IMG/VR virus record: IMGVR_UViG_3300046170_000519
Span: 1-64,000 of that record
Length of the DNA: 64,000 bases
Direction: 5' to 3' (one strand)
In this document: in pieces, positions 19,173 through 29,119 of the stretch
Position numbering within the stretch: position 1 is the first letter of the stretch
How the letters are laid out: each line of letters begins with the position of its first letter
Program-made: the position numbers and the translations under genes
The notes under the pieces: generated by a model
Told to the model about the DNA's origin: nothing
The model's input: the letters and a program-made list of their open reading frames with translations, nothing else
The model's database searches: none

Positions 19173-20098
19173 ATTTTTAAAATTCTTTTATCTATATAGT
19201 ATTGTATGTCGCAGTGCCACATTTCAGGTCCATATTCAAGAAGTATTGGAATTAGGTTTTCGGATCTTTTTCGCCCCCCTGAAAATATAAACTGACAACT
19301 TCTAGGGAACTCATGAGATAATACTCTCATTTGATGCCATACAAAAGTTAAATTTGATTTATGCGGAGAAAAGGAATTATTTCTAATAATTTTTTCAATA
19401 GAACTTTCCACAACAATATATAAAAATGAGTCGAAAGCTACAGCTCTTTCAAGTTCTTTTTTAAATCTTTCAAACCCTACAGTCATAGTAGATTTAAAAT
19501 CTGTTTCACTTTTCCTGTCAATGTATGTATGTTTATAATCCTCTCCTGATGCCGTGTAGTCTCCAAAGTCTAATTTTTGAAGTCTAGAATTAGGGAACTT
19601 TAATGGAGTTTGCTCTCTAGTGTCAATCAATATCTCTATGTCATTTAAATTTTTATTTTCTTTTAAAAATTTACTTTTAATAATTTTATTTAATAATGGC
19701 TCCACTTGGAGCCTCCTACAGGCTTCGCTGTAGGATTTAAAATATAATTTATATATTTCTATTTCAGGTAAATTAAGTAATTTTAATTCTAAATGATTTG
19801 GCGCGTATTGCAAATTTTTGCTAATTATTCTTTTTTGTAATATATCTAATAATATTTGTTGAACATGTTCATGGTCAGCTGTCGCTGCCCATTTTTCTAA
19901 TTCAACATTATTCGAAAAATAAGTAGAAAAATATTGATCTTTATTTTTAAAAGGAATTAATTCATTAGTATATAAATTATATCTAGGATAATATGTTGTA
20001 TAATATTCAGAAAGCAAAATTCCATGAGCTTTTATATGAGTGTGGAGAGAACGCTCACTTTTAAATTTTGACCCGCATATTTTACATGTTATACTCAA
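19169..20098 (-). CDS. C2H2 zinc finger + ERCC4 (XPF/Mus81-type) nuclease (309 aa)
   Basis: N-terminal CKICGSKFKSERSLHTHIKAH; ERCC4 signature IDTREQ...GDY...IDRKS..DF. Confidence 0.8.
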   Translation of the reverse strand: MSITCKICGSKFKSERSLHTHIKAHGILLSEYYTTYYPRYNLYTNELIPFKNKDQYFSTYFSNNVELEKWAATADHEHVQQILLDILQKRIISKNLQYAPNHLELKLLNLPEIEIYKLYFKSYSEACRRLQVEPLLNKIIKSKFLKENKNLNDIEILIDTREQTPLKFPNSRLQKLDFGDYTASGEDYKHTYIDRKSETDFKSTMTVGFERFKKELERAVAFDSFLYIVVESSIEKIIRNNSFSPHKSNLTFVWHQMRVLSHEFPRSCQFIFSGGRKRSENLIPILLEYGPEMWHCDIQYYIDKRILKI

Positions 20099-20757
20099 CG
20101 TCTAACCCACACTGACTGTTTTAAATTTAATAAACATATATATCCATCACTCTCCAATTGCCTCTTGGCAAGAAGAGTTTGAGAGCCGCCAGGATAATCG
20201 TTTCCTTCGAGTAACACGATAGAATGCTTACTTAGATTTGGTTTAAAGGTATTATACTGCTTTAAAACTCGTTTTTGACAAGGTTCTATTAAGTTACCAA
20301 AATGCTTTACCATGTCTTCTTCTGGATATCCTTTTAACATATTTAGACATTCTAATGTTGTTATATTTTTGTCTATCTTATTTTTAATTTCTTTTATTGG
20401 ATATGTTATATCATTTATTATTAATAAATCTATATTACTTGAATGATTTAATTTTATATCAGTAGATATAGATACTTTATTAATATCATAATTTTTATAT
20501 AATGTTGATTTTATGTTATTTAATCTACTTTGACTAATATTATTAGTATCTAAATAAAATTCATAAGTGCCCATTTCTATGTCTTCAATAAATTCTCCCA
20601 ATACTGAATAAAAATCTATAGGTGAATACTCGAAATCTCTTACCTGACCCCCAACTTGAACAATAGAAGTCAACCCATAGCTTTTAAAGAGATTTAGAGC
20701 TAATTGAGTGGTATAATAACGTTCACCCCACAAACTATAATCAGTTTTAAATTGCAT
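20095..20757 (-). CDS. Hypothetical protein, possibly degenerate methyltransferase fold (220 aa)
   Basis: Weak motif echoes IVQVGG, IDLLIIND, IVLLEG. Confidence 0.5.
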   Translation of the reverse strand: MQFKTDYSLWGERYYTTQLALNLFKSYGLTSIVQVGGQVRDFEYSPIDFYSVLGEFIEDIEMGTYEFYLDTNNISQSRLNNIKSTLYKNYDINKVSISTDIKLNHSSNIDLLIINDITYPIKEIKNKIDKNITTLECLNMLKGYPEEDMVKHFGNLIEPCQKRVLKQYNTFKPNLSKHSIVLLEGNDYPGGSQTLLAKRQLESDGYICLLNLKQSVWVRR

Positions 20758-21796
20758 CTTCTTTACTAATACCTAAAACTCTAGCCTTCCAGCTATCCAT
20801 TCTCTCAAGCGAATCAGCTTCTTCTTTTATTAATAATTTTTGTTTTTCTGCCATCTCTACCATTCTAGTTCTATCTTCTTCATTTTGAAACACCTTCACT
20901 AACGATAATATAGATGCATTATCTTTATGTTTATTTTTGACACGCTCTTTTCTATCACCATTTAAACGCGCGATTAATGTTTCTTGCCTCTTTTCGCATT
21001 GATTATATTCTTCGCTCTTTGTTTTTAATAATTCCGCTAATCTAACAGTCATATCTTGTTGGTCTTCACATTCTTCAAACATGCGATTTAATTTATCTAT
21101 TGCTTTACTGATATTTTTTAAATGTATATAATCCATACAAACATTTATATATAAATTTAATTCATCACTTGTTAAGTCTGGTTTATCCCATACAGATCTT
21201 ATATATTCAGCCTCAAAGAGTTTTCTATCATCTCCAGATGTATAAGTATTAATAACTTGAATAAAACGAGGAGCCGAAAGAAATTTCATCGAACTTTCTA
21301 AATTGTCTAAATCGCCTCTATTTAGCTTTTTTTCATCTAGATCCTCTTGGCAGTATTCATTTACCTTTTTAACTACCCTAGAGATTGATTTAGGGGCAAA
21401 ATATTGGCTATTTAAGGCTGTTTCTGAGGAATGTAATAACCTGAAGTCAACATCTTCGATGAATTTAGCAACCTCGGTAACTTCTTTACTTAAATTAGTT
21501 ACATTTATTTCTGGAAAAATAATTTTTGAAATTTCATAAGCCGTCATTCCTTCTTTCGCATATTGAATCATAAACTCTTTCTGTTCTTGAGAGAATGTTA
21601 TATCTTCTTTTTTTTCTTTTTTTGTTGTATTGTAATTTAACTCTCTATCAACCAAAAATTTTCTAACAGCTCTCCCCTCTTTTGTTCTTCCATCTAAGCT
21701 TTCATCATTGAATGTCAATCGGGTTAATTCTATTAGGTCAGGAACCCTATCATAATTCTCAATTATAAAATTAGCTTGTATTTCTGTAAGTTTCAT
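20747..21796 (-). CDS. Hypothetical helical protein, candidate terminase small subunit (349 aa)
   Basis: HTH-like N-terminus and coiled-coil C-terminus upstream of terL; function is inference only. Confidence 0.5.
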   Translation of the reverse strand: MKLTEIQANFIIENYDRVPDLIELTRLTFNDESLDGRTKEGRAVRKFLVDRELNYNTTKKEKKEDITFSQEQKEFMIQYAKEGMTAYEISKIIFPEINVTNLSKEVTEVAKFIEDVDFRLLHSSETALNSQYFAPKSISRVVKKVNEYCQEDLDEKKLNRGDLDNLESSMKFLSAPRFIQVINTYTSGDDRKLFEAEYIRSVWDKPDLTSDELNLYINVCMDYIHLKNISKAIDKLNRMFEECEDQQDMTVRLAELLKTKSEEYNQCEKRQETLIARLNGDRKERVKNKHKDNASILSLVKVFQNEEDRTRMVEMAEKQKLLIKEEADSLERMDSWKARVLGISKEDAI

Positions 21797-22524
21797 AATA
21801 TATCTTGTTTTTTAATCACTTGTTTTGCAATAATTTTAAATTGTTTTTCTGCATTTTTAATTTGTTTATAACCTGCAGATCTACCTTTTTCATTAGAGAT
21901 ATACCCTAATTTCTTAGCTATTTCATCATGTGGTAGATGAAGAATATAAAGCATTTCGTAAATTTTAAATTGCTTAGGGGTTAACTTGAGCTCCATAGCT
22001 TCATGCAATCTTTGAGCAGATAAATCTAAATTAAAACCATTAGAACATGTAATTCTATCTTCTTTATCTGTTATTGTGGCTGCCAAATTTATATCAAAAG
22101 AGCTTTTTTTTCCTACAAGCCATTTTTTATATAATGGACATGTTTTATCTTGGAGCCCCGATTTTGTCCAGCTGCAAAAATTTTCATTATCATTATAATT
22201 ATCTTGAGCTCCAGAAGAATTAAATGGACATTGAACACAGGGTTTAACAAAATTTCCATAATAATTTCTTAATAAATTTTTAAGCTGATTAGATATGATT
22301 CTATTCAACCATGGCTTCATAGGGCGTTTTTGATCCCACAAAGACCATTTTTTTTCAATATGCACTAATATTATTGACTTTATATCTTCCCACGATATCC
22401 AGCTAATGGCATTTAGAAACCACTTACCCCTCCTTTTCTCTACACAGGCTTCTACTTCTTCAAAACTCTCAATAAATGTTATTTTTCTAGGTCGTCCCCT
22501 CTTCTTCATTCTGTTTTGGCCCAA
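21793..22524 (-). CDS. Phage-encoded RNA polymerase sigma factor (ECF-like; 243 aa)
   Basis: Region-2-like EDIKSIILVHIEKKWSLWDQKRPMKPWLNRIISNQLKNLLR and region-4 HTH LTPKQFKIYEMLY...HDEIAKKLG. Confidence 0.75.
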   Translation of the reverse strand: MGQNRMKKRGRPRKITFIESFEEVEACVEKRRGKWFLNAISWISWEDIKSIILVHIEKKWSLWDQKRPMKPWLNRIISNQLKNLLRNYYGNFVKPCVQCPFNSSGAQDNYNDNENFCSWTKSGLQDKTCPLYKKWLVGKKSSFDINLAATITDKEDRITCSNGFNLDLSAQRLHEAMELKLTPKQFKIYEMLYILHLPHDEIAKKLGYISNEKGRSAGYKQIKNAEKQFKIIAKQVIKKQDIL

Positions 22525-22768
22525 ATATCTCCTCAGCCGAGAATGTTTTTCTTTGCATCGGGGAGACTGTGTAATTTAACTTTCTAATATTTGGGACAAA
22601 ATTAGAATCACTCTCAAAATCATTAAGCTCTTCACTAATTTCTACACTATTGCTTATGTTTTTTGAACTCGTAGCGCTGAAGTTTCCACCACAAAAACTA
22701 CAGAACTTTGGCTCAATTCCAAGGTATTGATTTTTTTTACCACATTTTTTGCAATATTTGTAGCTCAT
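22487..22768 (-). CDS. Zinc-ribbon protein (93 aa)
   Basis: CKKCG...FCSFCG motif. Confidence 0.75.
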   Translation of the reverse strand: MSYKYCKKCGKKNQYLGIEPKFCSFCGGNFSATSSKNISNSVEISEELNDFESDSNFVPNIRKLNYTVSPMQRKTFSAEEIFGPKQNEEEGTT

Positions 22769-22989
22769 TTTATGATATACACAGTTTTTTGTTGAGACCC
22801 TGTAGAGGTTTCTTTAAAGAACGGGCTGCTGTTAGATTCTATAATTACAATTTGACTGTTATCTATATGTAATTTTTTTTGTAAATTTTCTGCCAATAAA
22901 TCTCGCCTTTTATTCTCTCTCTTTTTATTTATTAGCGCAACGCAAATTGCCGAAAATGCTCCTATTAAAGCTGATATTACAATTTCCAT
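22765..22989 (-). CDS. Small protein with an N-terminal hydrophobic segment (74 aa)
   Basis: MEIVISALIGAFSAICVALI followed by a basic stretch. Confidence 0.55.
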   Translation of the reverse strand: MEIVISALIGAFSAICVALINKKRENKRRDLLAENLQKKLHIDNSQIVIIESNSSPFFKETSTGSQQKTVYIIK

Positions 22990-23015
22990 ACATACATTAT
23001 AATATGTACATATGT

Positions 23016-23213
23016 TTATTTTTCAATAATTTTTATTTCAGCAATTTTACAATCTATTACGCATTCAGAAAAAAGCCCCATGCAATTATCAAGAGATATG
23101 ACAGCTTTTTGGAAACCATGGTCAGAAAACCCTATTTGTGTATATATTTTTATTATTCTACCTGAAACTTCAGTATTGTTGTGGTAAAATCTTATATGCT
23201 CACCTTCTCTCAT
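23016..23213 (-). CDS. Hypothetical protein (65 aa)
   Basis: ORF track; co-oriented with neighbours. Confidence 0.55.
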   Translation of the reverse strand: MREGEHIRFYHNNTEVSGRIIKIYTQIGFSDHGFQKAVISLDNCMGLFSECVIDCKIAEIKIIEK

Positions 23214-23425
23214 AACACATTAAAACCAAGAGGTTGGGCATGTATTGTGTAATGGCCCCCCAACCACTGTTAAATTTTCTGCCCAACCTCTTTTGGTTAA
23301 ATTTTTTTTTAAATTTTCGCAAAACTTCCACGTTTATATTTACACTTTTAAAAGGTAAAGGGAAAAAGGACTGTGTTAAAAATATAGTCCACACAGGAAA
23401 TTTTTTTGGACTATTTTAATTTAAT

Positions 23426-24157
23426 TCAAGATTTTAATTCTTCTAGTTTTTTAACTATATATTTTAATATCTCGCTTCTTTTTATATCTTTATGATCAAA
23501 ATCAAAAGTATGTATCCCTTGCCTTTTAGAGCTTTCTTCATCAAAGAGTTCTTTAATTGGAGATAAACCACTCTTTCCGTTTATATCGCTTTGCATTATA
23601 TCTCCGCAAATAAACATTTTTGTGTTTTCTCCTATTCTCGTAATTAAAGTTACTAACTCTTTTAAACTGAAGTTTTGAGCTTCGTCGGCTATTACGATTT
23701 GATCGTTTAAGCTGGCTCCTCGTAAATAGTTGATTGGCATAGCTGTAATTACACCTTTGTCAACTAAATTTTTTGCTGTTGATATTGGTATTAACTCATA
23801 CAGTTTATCATTAAGCGGCATCATAAATGGGCAAAATTTCTCATCAACATTTCCTGGTAATGCGCCCATGCCCCTGTCAGCACTTTCAATGATTGTTCGC
23901 ACATAACTAATACTATAGTTATTATTCATATTAAATAATTGAAGAGCACCGTAAATAGCCATAAACGTTTTACTTGTTCCAGCAGGACCGTTTATAAAAA
24001 TTATCTTAGTATCTCTGTCAAATATTAACTTCAACAACTCTTGTTGTTTATCAGAAAAATCTATTTTTTTGAGCTTCACTTTTGTCTTAGACATGGAGCT
24101 CATGATTTTTTCTATTTCTTGATCGTCTTCTATTTCAGATTTTTTGCGTCTTGGCAT
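23426..24157 (-). CDS. phoH: PhoH-family ATPase (start revised to MPRRKK)
   Basis: GPAGTSKT Walker A, GALPG, YLRGASL, IADEAQN, GDIMQSD, DIKRS motifs. Confidence 0.93.
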   Translation of the reverse strand: MPRRKKSEIEDDQEIEKIMSSMSKTKVKLKKIDFSDKQQELLKLIFDRDTKIIFINGPAGTSKTFMAIYGALQLFNMNNNYSISYVRTIIESADRGMGALPGNVDEKFCPFMMPLNDKLYELIPISTAKNLVDKGVITAMPINYLRGASLNDQIVIADEAQNFSLKELVTLITRIGENTKMFICGDIMQSDINGKSGLSPIKELFDEESSKRQGIHTFDFDHKDIKRSEILKYIVKKLEELKS

Positions 24158-24373
24158 GTCTATCAAAGATATACTATATGATACACAATTAAAATTCAAG
24201 TGTCGCCGATTTTTTTTTGAAAAATGTTATTCACAAAAGATCGAAGCTTTGATTTTTTGAGAAAAACCACCCCCCCGCCAAATCTGTCAAGCTTAATCTG
24301 TAAAAAATTCAAAAAACGGGGGACATCCTTAAATTTTTAAAAATAAAAATAATAGTTTTTTTTTTGAATTAGT

Positions 24374-24408
24374 TTGACGTGAAGCTCTTTTTTGTTTAGT
24401 TTGTATAT
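24374..24408 (+). promoter_or_regulatory. Leaderless sigma70 promoter (type example)
   Basis: TTGACG-N17-TAGTTT-N6-ATG(24409); the same geometry recurs at about 20 genes. Confidence 0.85.
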
Positions 24409-25117
24409 ATGAACATTACTAAAGGATTAAAAGTCGGAAGCCTTTACCACTCAAAGGTTAATAATAAAGTTGTTCGTCTCGTGTCTATCGACAGAGTCGG
24501 ATCTCAACGGATCGCAACGATCAAGCATCATGCGCAAAATCATCTTTTCGAGTCAGAGGTTTTTATCTCTGACCTAATCAAGGCAACTGCCGATCAAGTC
24601 AAGGCTTACTTTAAAAGGTAAGTCTTGACACAACACACAAGGAAAGGTAAAAAAGAAATGATTAAAATACTACGAAACCCTAACTTTTCAAATTGGTTTG
24701 ACATTCGCCTTTTTGGGGAACTAATAGACAACGCAAAATCACAAGCAAAAGCCTTGCAAATTGCAAAACAAATAAAACGAAACAATCCACATTTTCAAAT
24801 CGTAACAGAGGGAGAAACAAATGCGTAAAGTAACAGAAAGAATTAAACAAGCCTTTGAGCAAGGCACTTCTCTAAAGGTCGGCAACACAAGAACAGACGG
24901 CACAAGCGTCTTCTTGCATGGTAACGAGATAATCAAACGAGATGAAAGCGGGCTTGTAATGGCTACGCTTGCAGGATGGAACACGCCAACCACAAGGGAA
25001 AGAATCAACGGCATAACAGGATTGGGCATCTACCAAAAGAACTTTGCTCCTATGCTAAACGGGCAAGAAATTGACGAATACGATTGGGTGACGCATACAG
25101 AGGAGGTGTATGTATGA
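24409..25117 (+). CDS. Three small early genes (24409-24621, 24658-24828, 24821-25117), hypothetical
   Basis: Tightly packed co-oriented ORFs after a leaderless promoter; the third has the motif HGNEI...TLAGWNTPTTRERIN. Confidence 0.7.
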
Positions 25118-25175
25118 CTTGCATAATCCTCTTATCCATTGCATTATACTTCTACTCTAAATAAAATAAGCCGCC

Positions 25176-25248
25176 TAAGTGACTGAATAACAAGCACTTA
25201 GAGCGCGGCGCTGCCGCGTGACCTAAGTACTTAATAAACAACAACTTA
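25176..25248. repeat. Double-arm IHF-consensus element E1 (25+23+25 bp)
   Basis: TAAGTGACTGAATAACAAGCACTTA-gagcgcggcGCTGCcgcgtgacc-TAAGTACTTAATAAACAACAACTTA. Confidence 0.9.
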
Positions 25249-25364
25249 CGAAAGTCTCGTACAGAAATCATGCCAATTCATGTAATAGAATAATGCAATA
25301 AAATAGTTGCCAAATAATTCAAAATAAATTTGACTTTAGTTAATAGATGCTTTAGTTTATATAT

Positions 25365-26273
25365 ATGAAATCAATATACAATACAGACACAGAAGAATTT
25401 ACTTTTAACTTTTTAATGAGCATCGAGGGTGCAACTTATAGAATCGAAGCCGTAGCTTGTCAAGATGACATCTTGCTGAGCGAACAATATCGTCCCGAAT
25501 ATATCGACGTTTATATGGCTAAATTAATAAATGACAAAACAGGTGAATTTATAGAATCAAGCATCTATAAAAACACAGATCTTTTAAAGGTTGTGAGCGA
25601 CAAGCTCACAGAAAGGCTAATTACAAATGCAAGCAAAACTTGGTTTGTTACTGATGCGCCAAGGCTTTTCCGTGAGCAATTCGACACTTGCCTTGAAATA
25701 ATGTTTCAAAAATAATTCAAAATAAATTTGACAAAAGTTAAAAAATAGACGATAGTAAGGTATGACAGAAATAAAAATAGAATTCGACGAAGTAAACAAT
25801 GAAGAGTTTTCCGCCTATGCTGAAGTAGGCGAGGAATACTACGAACTGCAAGGCACAACATGGACAGATGAGCAAGAGTCTCTTTATGGAGATCAAGTCT
25901 CAGCCGTTCACTTAGTGGCTTACTTTGATACTCTTGAAAGCGTGAAGCGCTTCGATGGCAACGGCAAACAAATTGATTCAATGAACTTGGATCTTATCAA
26001 AGCAATTAAAAAAGAACTTAATAAAAACATGGATGAAGAGATAGGATCACACTCTTGCCGTGTTGACTACTCGCCACAATACTACGACCTAATCTAATCA
26101 TGGAATACATAAAAAACACGATCAACAAATTAAGAACTCAAATCATGGCATTGAATAGCGAAAGAATCAAGGCAATGAAATTGAACAATAAAAAGAAGGC
26201 TTCAGACATTGAAGCTATACAAATAGAATTAGACAATCAAATAGCACGATTGGAAGGTCTCGCACACCGATAA
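25365..26273 (+). CDS. Early genes 25365-25715, 25762-26097, 26100-26273, hypothetical
   Basis: Leaderless promoters TTGACT-17-TAGTTT-6-ATG and TTGACA-17-GATAGT-5-ATG, each preceded by the identical 23-mer aaataattcaaaataaatttgac; the last ORF (57 aa) was translated by hand. Confidence 0.75.
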
Positions 26274-26284
26274 GATCAGCCCCC

Positions 26285-26357
26285 TAAGTTACTGATAACC
26301 AAGCACTTAGGTCAGGGCGCCGCGCTGCGCTGTAAGTGCTTAATAAGCAACTACTTA
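26285..26357. repeat. Element E2 (25+23+25 bp)
   Basis: TAAGTTACTGATAACCAAGCACTTA-ggtcagggcGCCGCgctgcgctg-TAAGTGCTTAATAAGCAACTACTTA. Confidence 0.9.
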
Positions 26358-26455
26358 TATAACTCCATAAATCTAGTTTAAAATTGCATAATCCCGCCAC
26401 CACTAAAAAGTTGCACTATTTGACTATTTGGTATTTAAATAAAAAAACAAAAAAA

Positions 26456-27236
26456 ATGAAAATAAATCCGTATTTGCTTGCAAAACACGCACTACTAGTT
26501 TACCTTGTTTTTATGGATAAGATCAGAATCAATCATGTAATCGGAGTCAATGGACTTCTTGAATTTTCACGCGACGAAAAGTCGGGCATATCCCTGTGGG
26601 AAGATGTTGCAAATAATGTTTGGACTTGGGATCAAATAGTCGAAGCATCTAAAGATGTAACAAATAAAGAAATCATCGACGCCATGAAAGTAGATGGACA
26701 CATCACTGAGCCATGCGTAAATGATCTTTTAAATATACTAAAATAAAATTTGCAATTATATCATAACTCGTTTACCTTATATATATGAAAGCTAATACAG
26801 ACACCATCTCAATCGTTGACCTAATCGAAAACGAATCATATAAAAATCACCAAGCTTACAACTTAGCAAAAGCTCTCTTGGACATTGCGGTTCAAGCAAG
26901 ATCCATAAAAAACACAGTTTCAGAAAACATTTCAGGCGATGGAAAAGTGTTCAATGAAAATGTTGATAAATGGATGACCGAAATCAACAACATTGCAAAC
27001 AATGTGGTAAGGGAAGAAATGTTAACCAAATAAGGAGGGAATAAAATATGAATAAACAACAAATACTAGAAAAAATTTCCGCCCTTCACGAAAAACTCAA
27101 GAACTCTGTTCTTGCTCCTGCTGATGCCGTTGCTATCCGCAATGAAATCGGAGAGCTTGAGGATAAGGTCTCTCTTCTCGACTTTTACAACGACGAAGGG
27201 GATTATGATTATGGCTACCACTCCCAATGGGAGTAA
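26456..27236 (+). CDS. Early genes 26456-26746, 26785-27033, 27048-27236, hypothetical
   Basis: 26785 has TTGCAA-17-TACCTT-6-ATG; 27048 has an SD (aggagg). Confidence 0.7.
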
Positions 27237-27305
27237 GCCTTTGATAATCAACTACTTACATCGCCGCGCAGCCAAGCACCTAAGTGCTTGGCAGTCAACA
27301 ACTTA
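27234..27305. repeat. Element E3 (25+22+25 bp) at the convergence point
   Basis: TAAGCCTTTGATAATCAACTACTTA-catcgccgcGCAGCcaagcacc-TAAGTGCTTGGCAGTCAACAACTTA; both ends are stop codons of converging genes. Confidence 0.92.
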
Positions 27306-27716
27306 CTCTTCTAGTAGCCATGCATCGAGAGCTTCTGTGTCGATGTCTGGGTCATCATATTGAGCCCCATCAGGTGTGGACTCGAATCCATATTCAACTT
27401 TAAGATGTTCAACTAAATCTTTATAATATGCAAACCTGCGAGATAAAAAATAAAGATGTTCATCATTCCCTAACCAAAGAGCAACATTCCAGGTCGCCCA
27501 GTTTTTCCAGCCGTTGTAAGTATCCATAATTTAATAAACGAGTTGTGAGTTAATAGCTAATTGATCAATCATATCTTGAATATGTTCTTTTTCATTTTCT
27601 GCATTGATTACTAACTGCATCGAGTTAATACAACCTTGATCTGCGGCATCTGTCTCATTGTTAATAATCTGCTGAAGTTCGTTAATTCTGTTAAATAAAT
27701 CTTTTAATGTTTCCAT
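27303..27716 (-). CDS. Early genes 27303-27527 and 27531-27716, hypothetical
   Basis: Leaderless promoter TTGCAA-17-TATCTT-6-ATG(27716); first has the motif NGWKNWATWNVALW. Confidence 0.75.
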
Positions 27717-27759
27717 GATAGTAAGATAATTAAAAATAGAAATAATTGCAAGAAAAAAA

Positions 27760-27966
27760 TTAAAATTTTAATGCTTTTAGCGATGTGTTTCTTTTTAACC
27801 ATCTACGCAATGGGTGAAATGCTCTTGCACTAAAATGAGCGAGATACTGCTCTCCGTTTTTGGCAAGGATCATATGCCCGCTTGCAGTTTCACGGATCTT
27901 TTCGATTTCAGGGCATTTCCGTAATTGTTTTAACACTTTGCGAGTTCCACTTTCTGAATGTTTCAT
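27760..27966 (-). CDS. Small basic protein, possibly HicA-like (68 aa)
   Basis: Leaderless promoter TTGTGT-17-TAGCTT-6-ATG; RETASGHMIL...H pattern. Confidence 0.6.
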   Translation of the reverse strand: MKHSESGTRKVLKQLRKCPEIEKIRETASGHMILAKNGEQYLAHFSARAFHPLRRWLKRNTSLKALKF

Positions 27967-28027
27967 AAGTACAAGCTAAAGCAAAAAATAAAAATACACA
28001 AGAAAAAAGTGAATAAAAATGCTTTCG

Positions 28028-28100
28028 TAAGTCTTTGATTATAAAGCTTTTAAGGGTTAACGCAGCCGACTGCCCTAAGTGCTTGATAATCAACTACTTA
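28028..28100. repeat. Element E4 (25+23+25 bp)
   Basis: TAAGTCTTTGATTATAAAGCTTTTA-agggttaacGCAGCcgactgccc-TAAGTGCTTGATAATCAACTACTTA. Confidence 0.92.
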
Positions 28101-28300
28101 GGACAGCCACACATGCAGACTACGACAACTAATACGACTAAAAAATTATTTGCGAGTTTTCGTATTTGCTATTTTTAGTTTTAATCTTTTGTATATATAT
28201 ATAATAGTATTGACAAGATAATAATTATTGGAATCATTCTTCTTTTAAATCTTGCCACATTAAGTAAAAAACAAAAAGCCAAGGAGTGAAAAATAATAAT

Positions 28301-28984
28301 TCAACTATCATAATATATTCCTTTCATTTCATCGGATAATCCGATTTCTTCATCTTCCTCATCAACATCTTCAGCGACATCAGTAAGTAAGAATTGAGTT
28401 TCATCTGTAATGTCATCTCTCTCGACATCTTTTAATCCATGCTCGACAACTAATTGTTCTGCTTGTAAGTCTGCGACTAATTCTAATACTGAGGAATCAG
28501 TTGGCAAACCTTTGGATTCACGATGTGCGTTAGCGATAACTGCGAGTCTTTGTTCTTCTGTCATAGTAATAATATAGTTTAGTTTTGTTTAGTCGTCAAG
28601 CCCTAATTCTCTTCTAAATTCTGCTTTGTCTTCAATTAGCTCATCAACCCAAACGCTTCCTTCGACTTGAGCTTTTGCCATTAGGATAGATACTTGAGCA
28701 GGAGATTGCCAACCGACAACATCATCAGAAGGAGAAAGAGGAATCATGCCGTTTTTATCGTAGATTGCAACTTCGTACAAACCTTCTTTTAAGCTTCCAT
28801 ATAATCCTTTATAGTCATCTTTACCTGCAATAACAGAAATTTCTAGTCCGTTGCCAAAGTCAAGTTTTGCATGGACTGCTTCATCATGATAACGATGTGG
28901 TTTAAAATCAAGATCGTCAAAGTCTAGCATTGAAGGTTTTGGTTGAAATTGTGAGATTGAGTTTGGTATGTCGTAGTTAATCAT
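28301..28984 (-). CDS. Early genes 28301-28564 and 28589-28984, hypothetical acidic proteins
   Basis: Each has a leaderless promoter (TTGACG-17-TATATT-6-ATG; TTGCGT-17-TAATGT-6-ATG). Confidence 0.8.
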
Positions 28985-29046
28985 ATAAACACATTAAACT
29001 CTTTTAACAATTAACGCAAGAAAAAACTTAAATAAAAATGCTTTCG

Positions 29047-29118
29047 TAAGTCGTTAACTGTTAGGCAGTTAGCTTTGGCGGCAGCCAGCCACCTAAGTGA
29101 TTGACTATAAAGGATTTA
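29047..29118. repeat. Element E5 (25+22+25 bp)
   Basis: TAAGTCGTTAACTGTTAGGCAGTTA-gctttggcgGCAGCcagccacc-TAAGTGATTGACTATAAAGGATTTA. Confidence 0.88.
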
Positions 29119-29119
29119 C

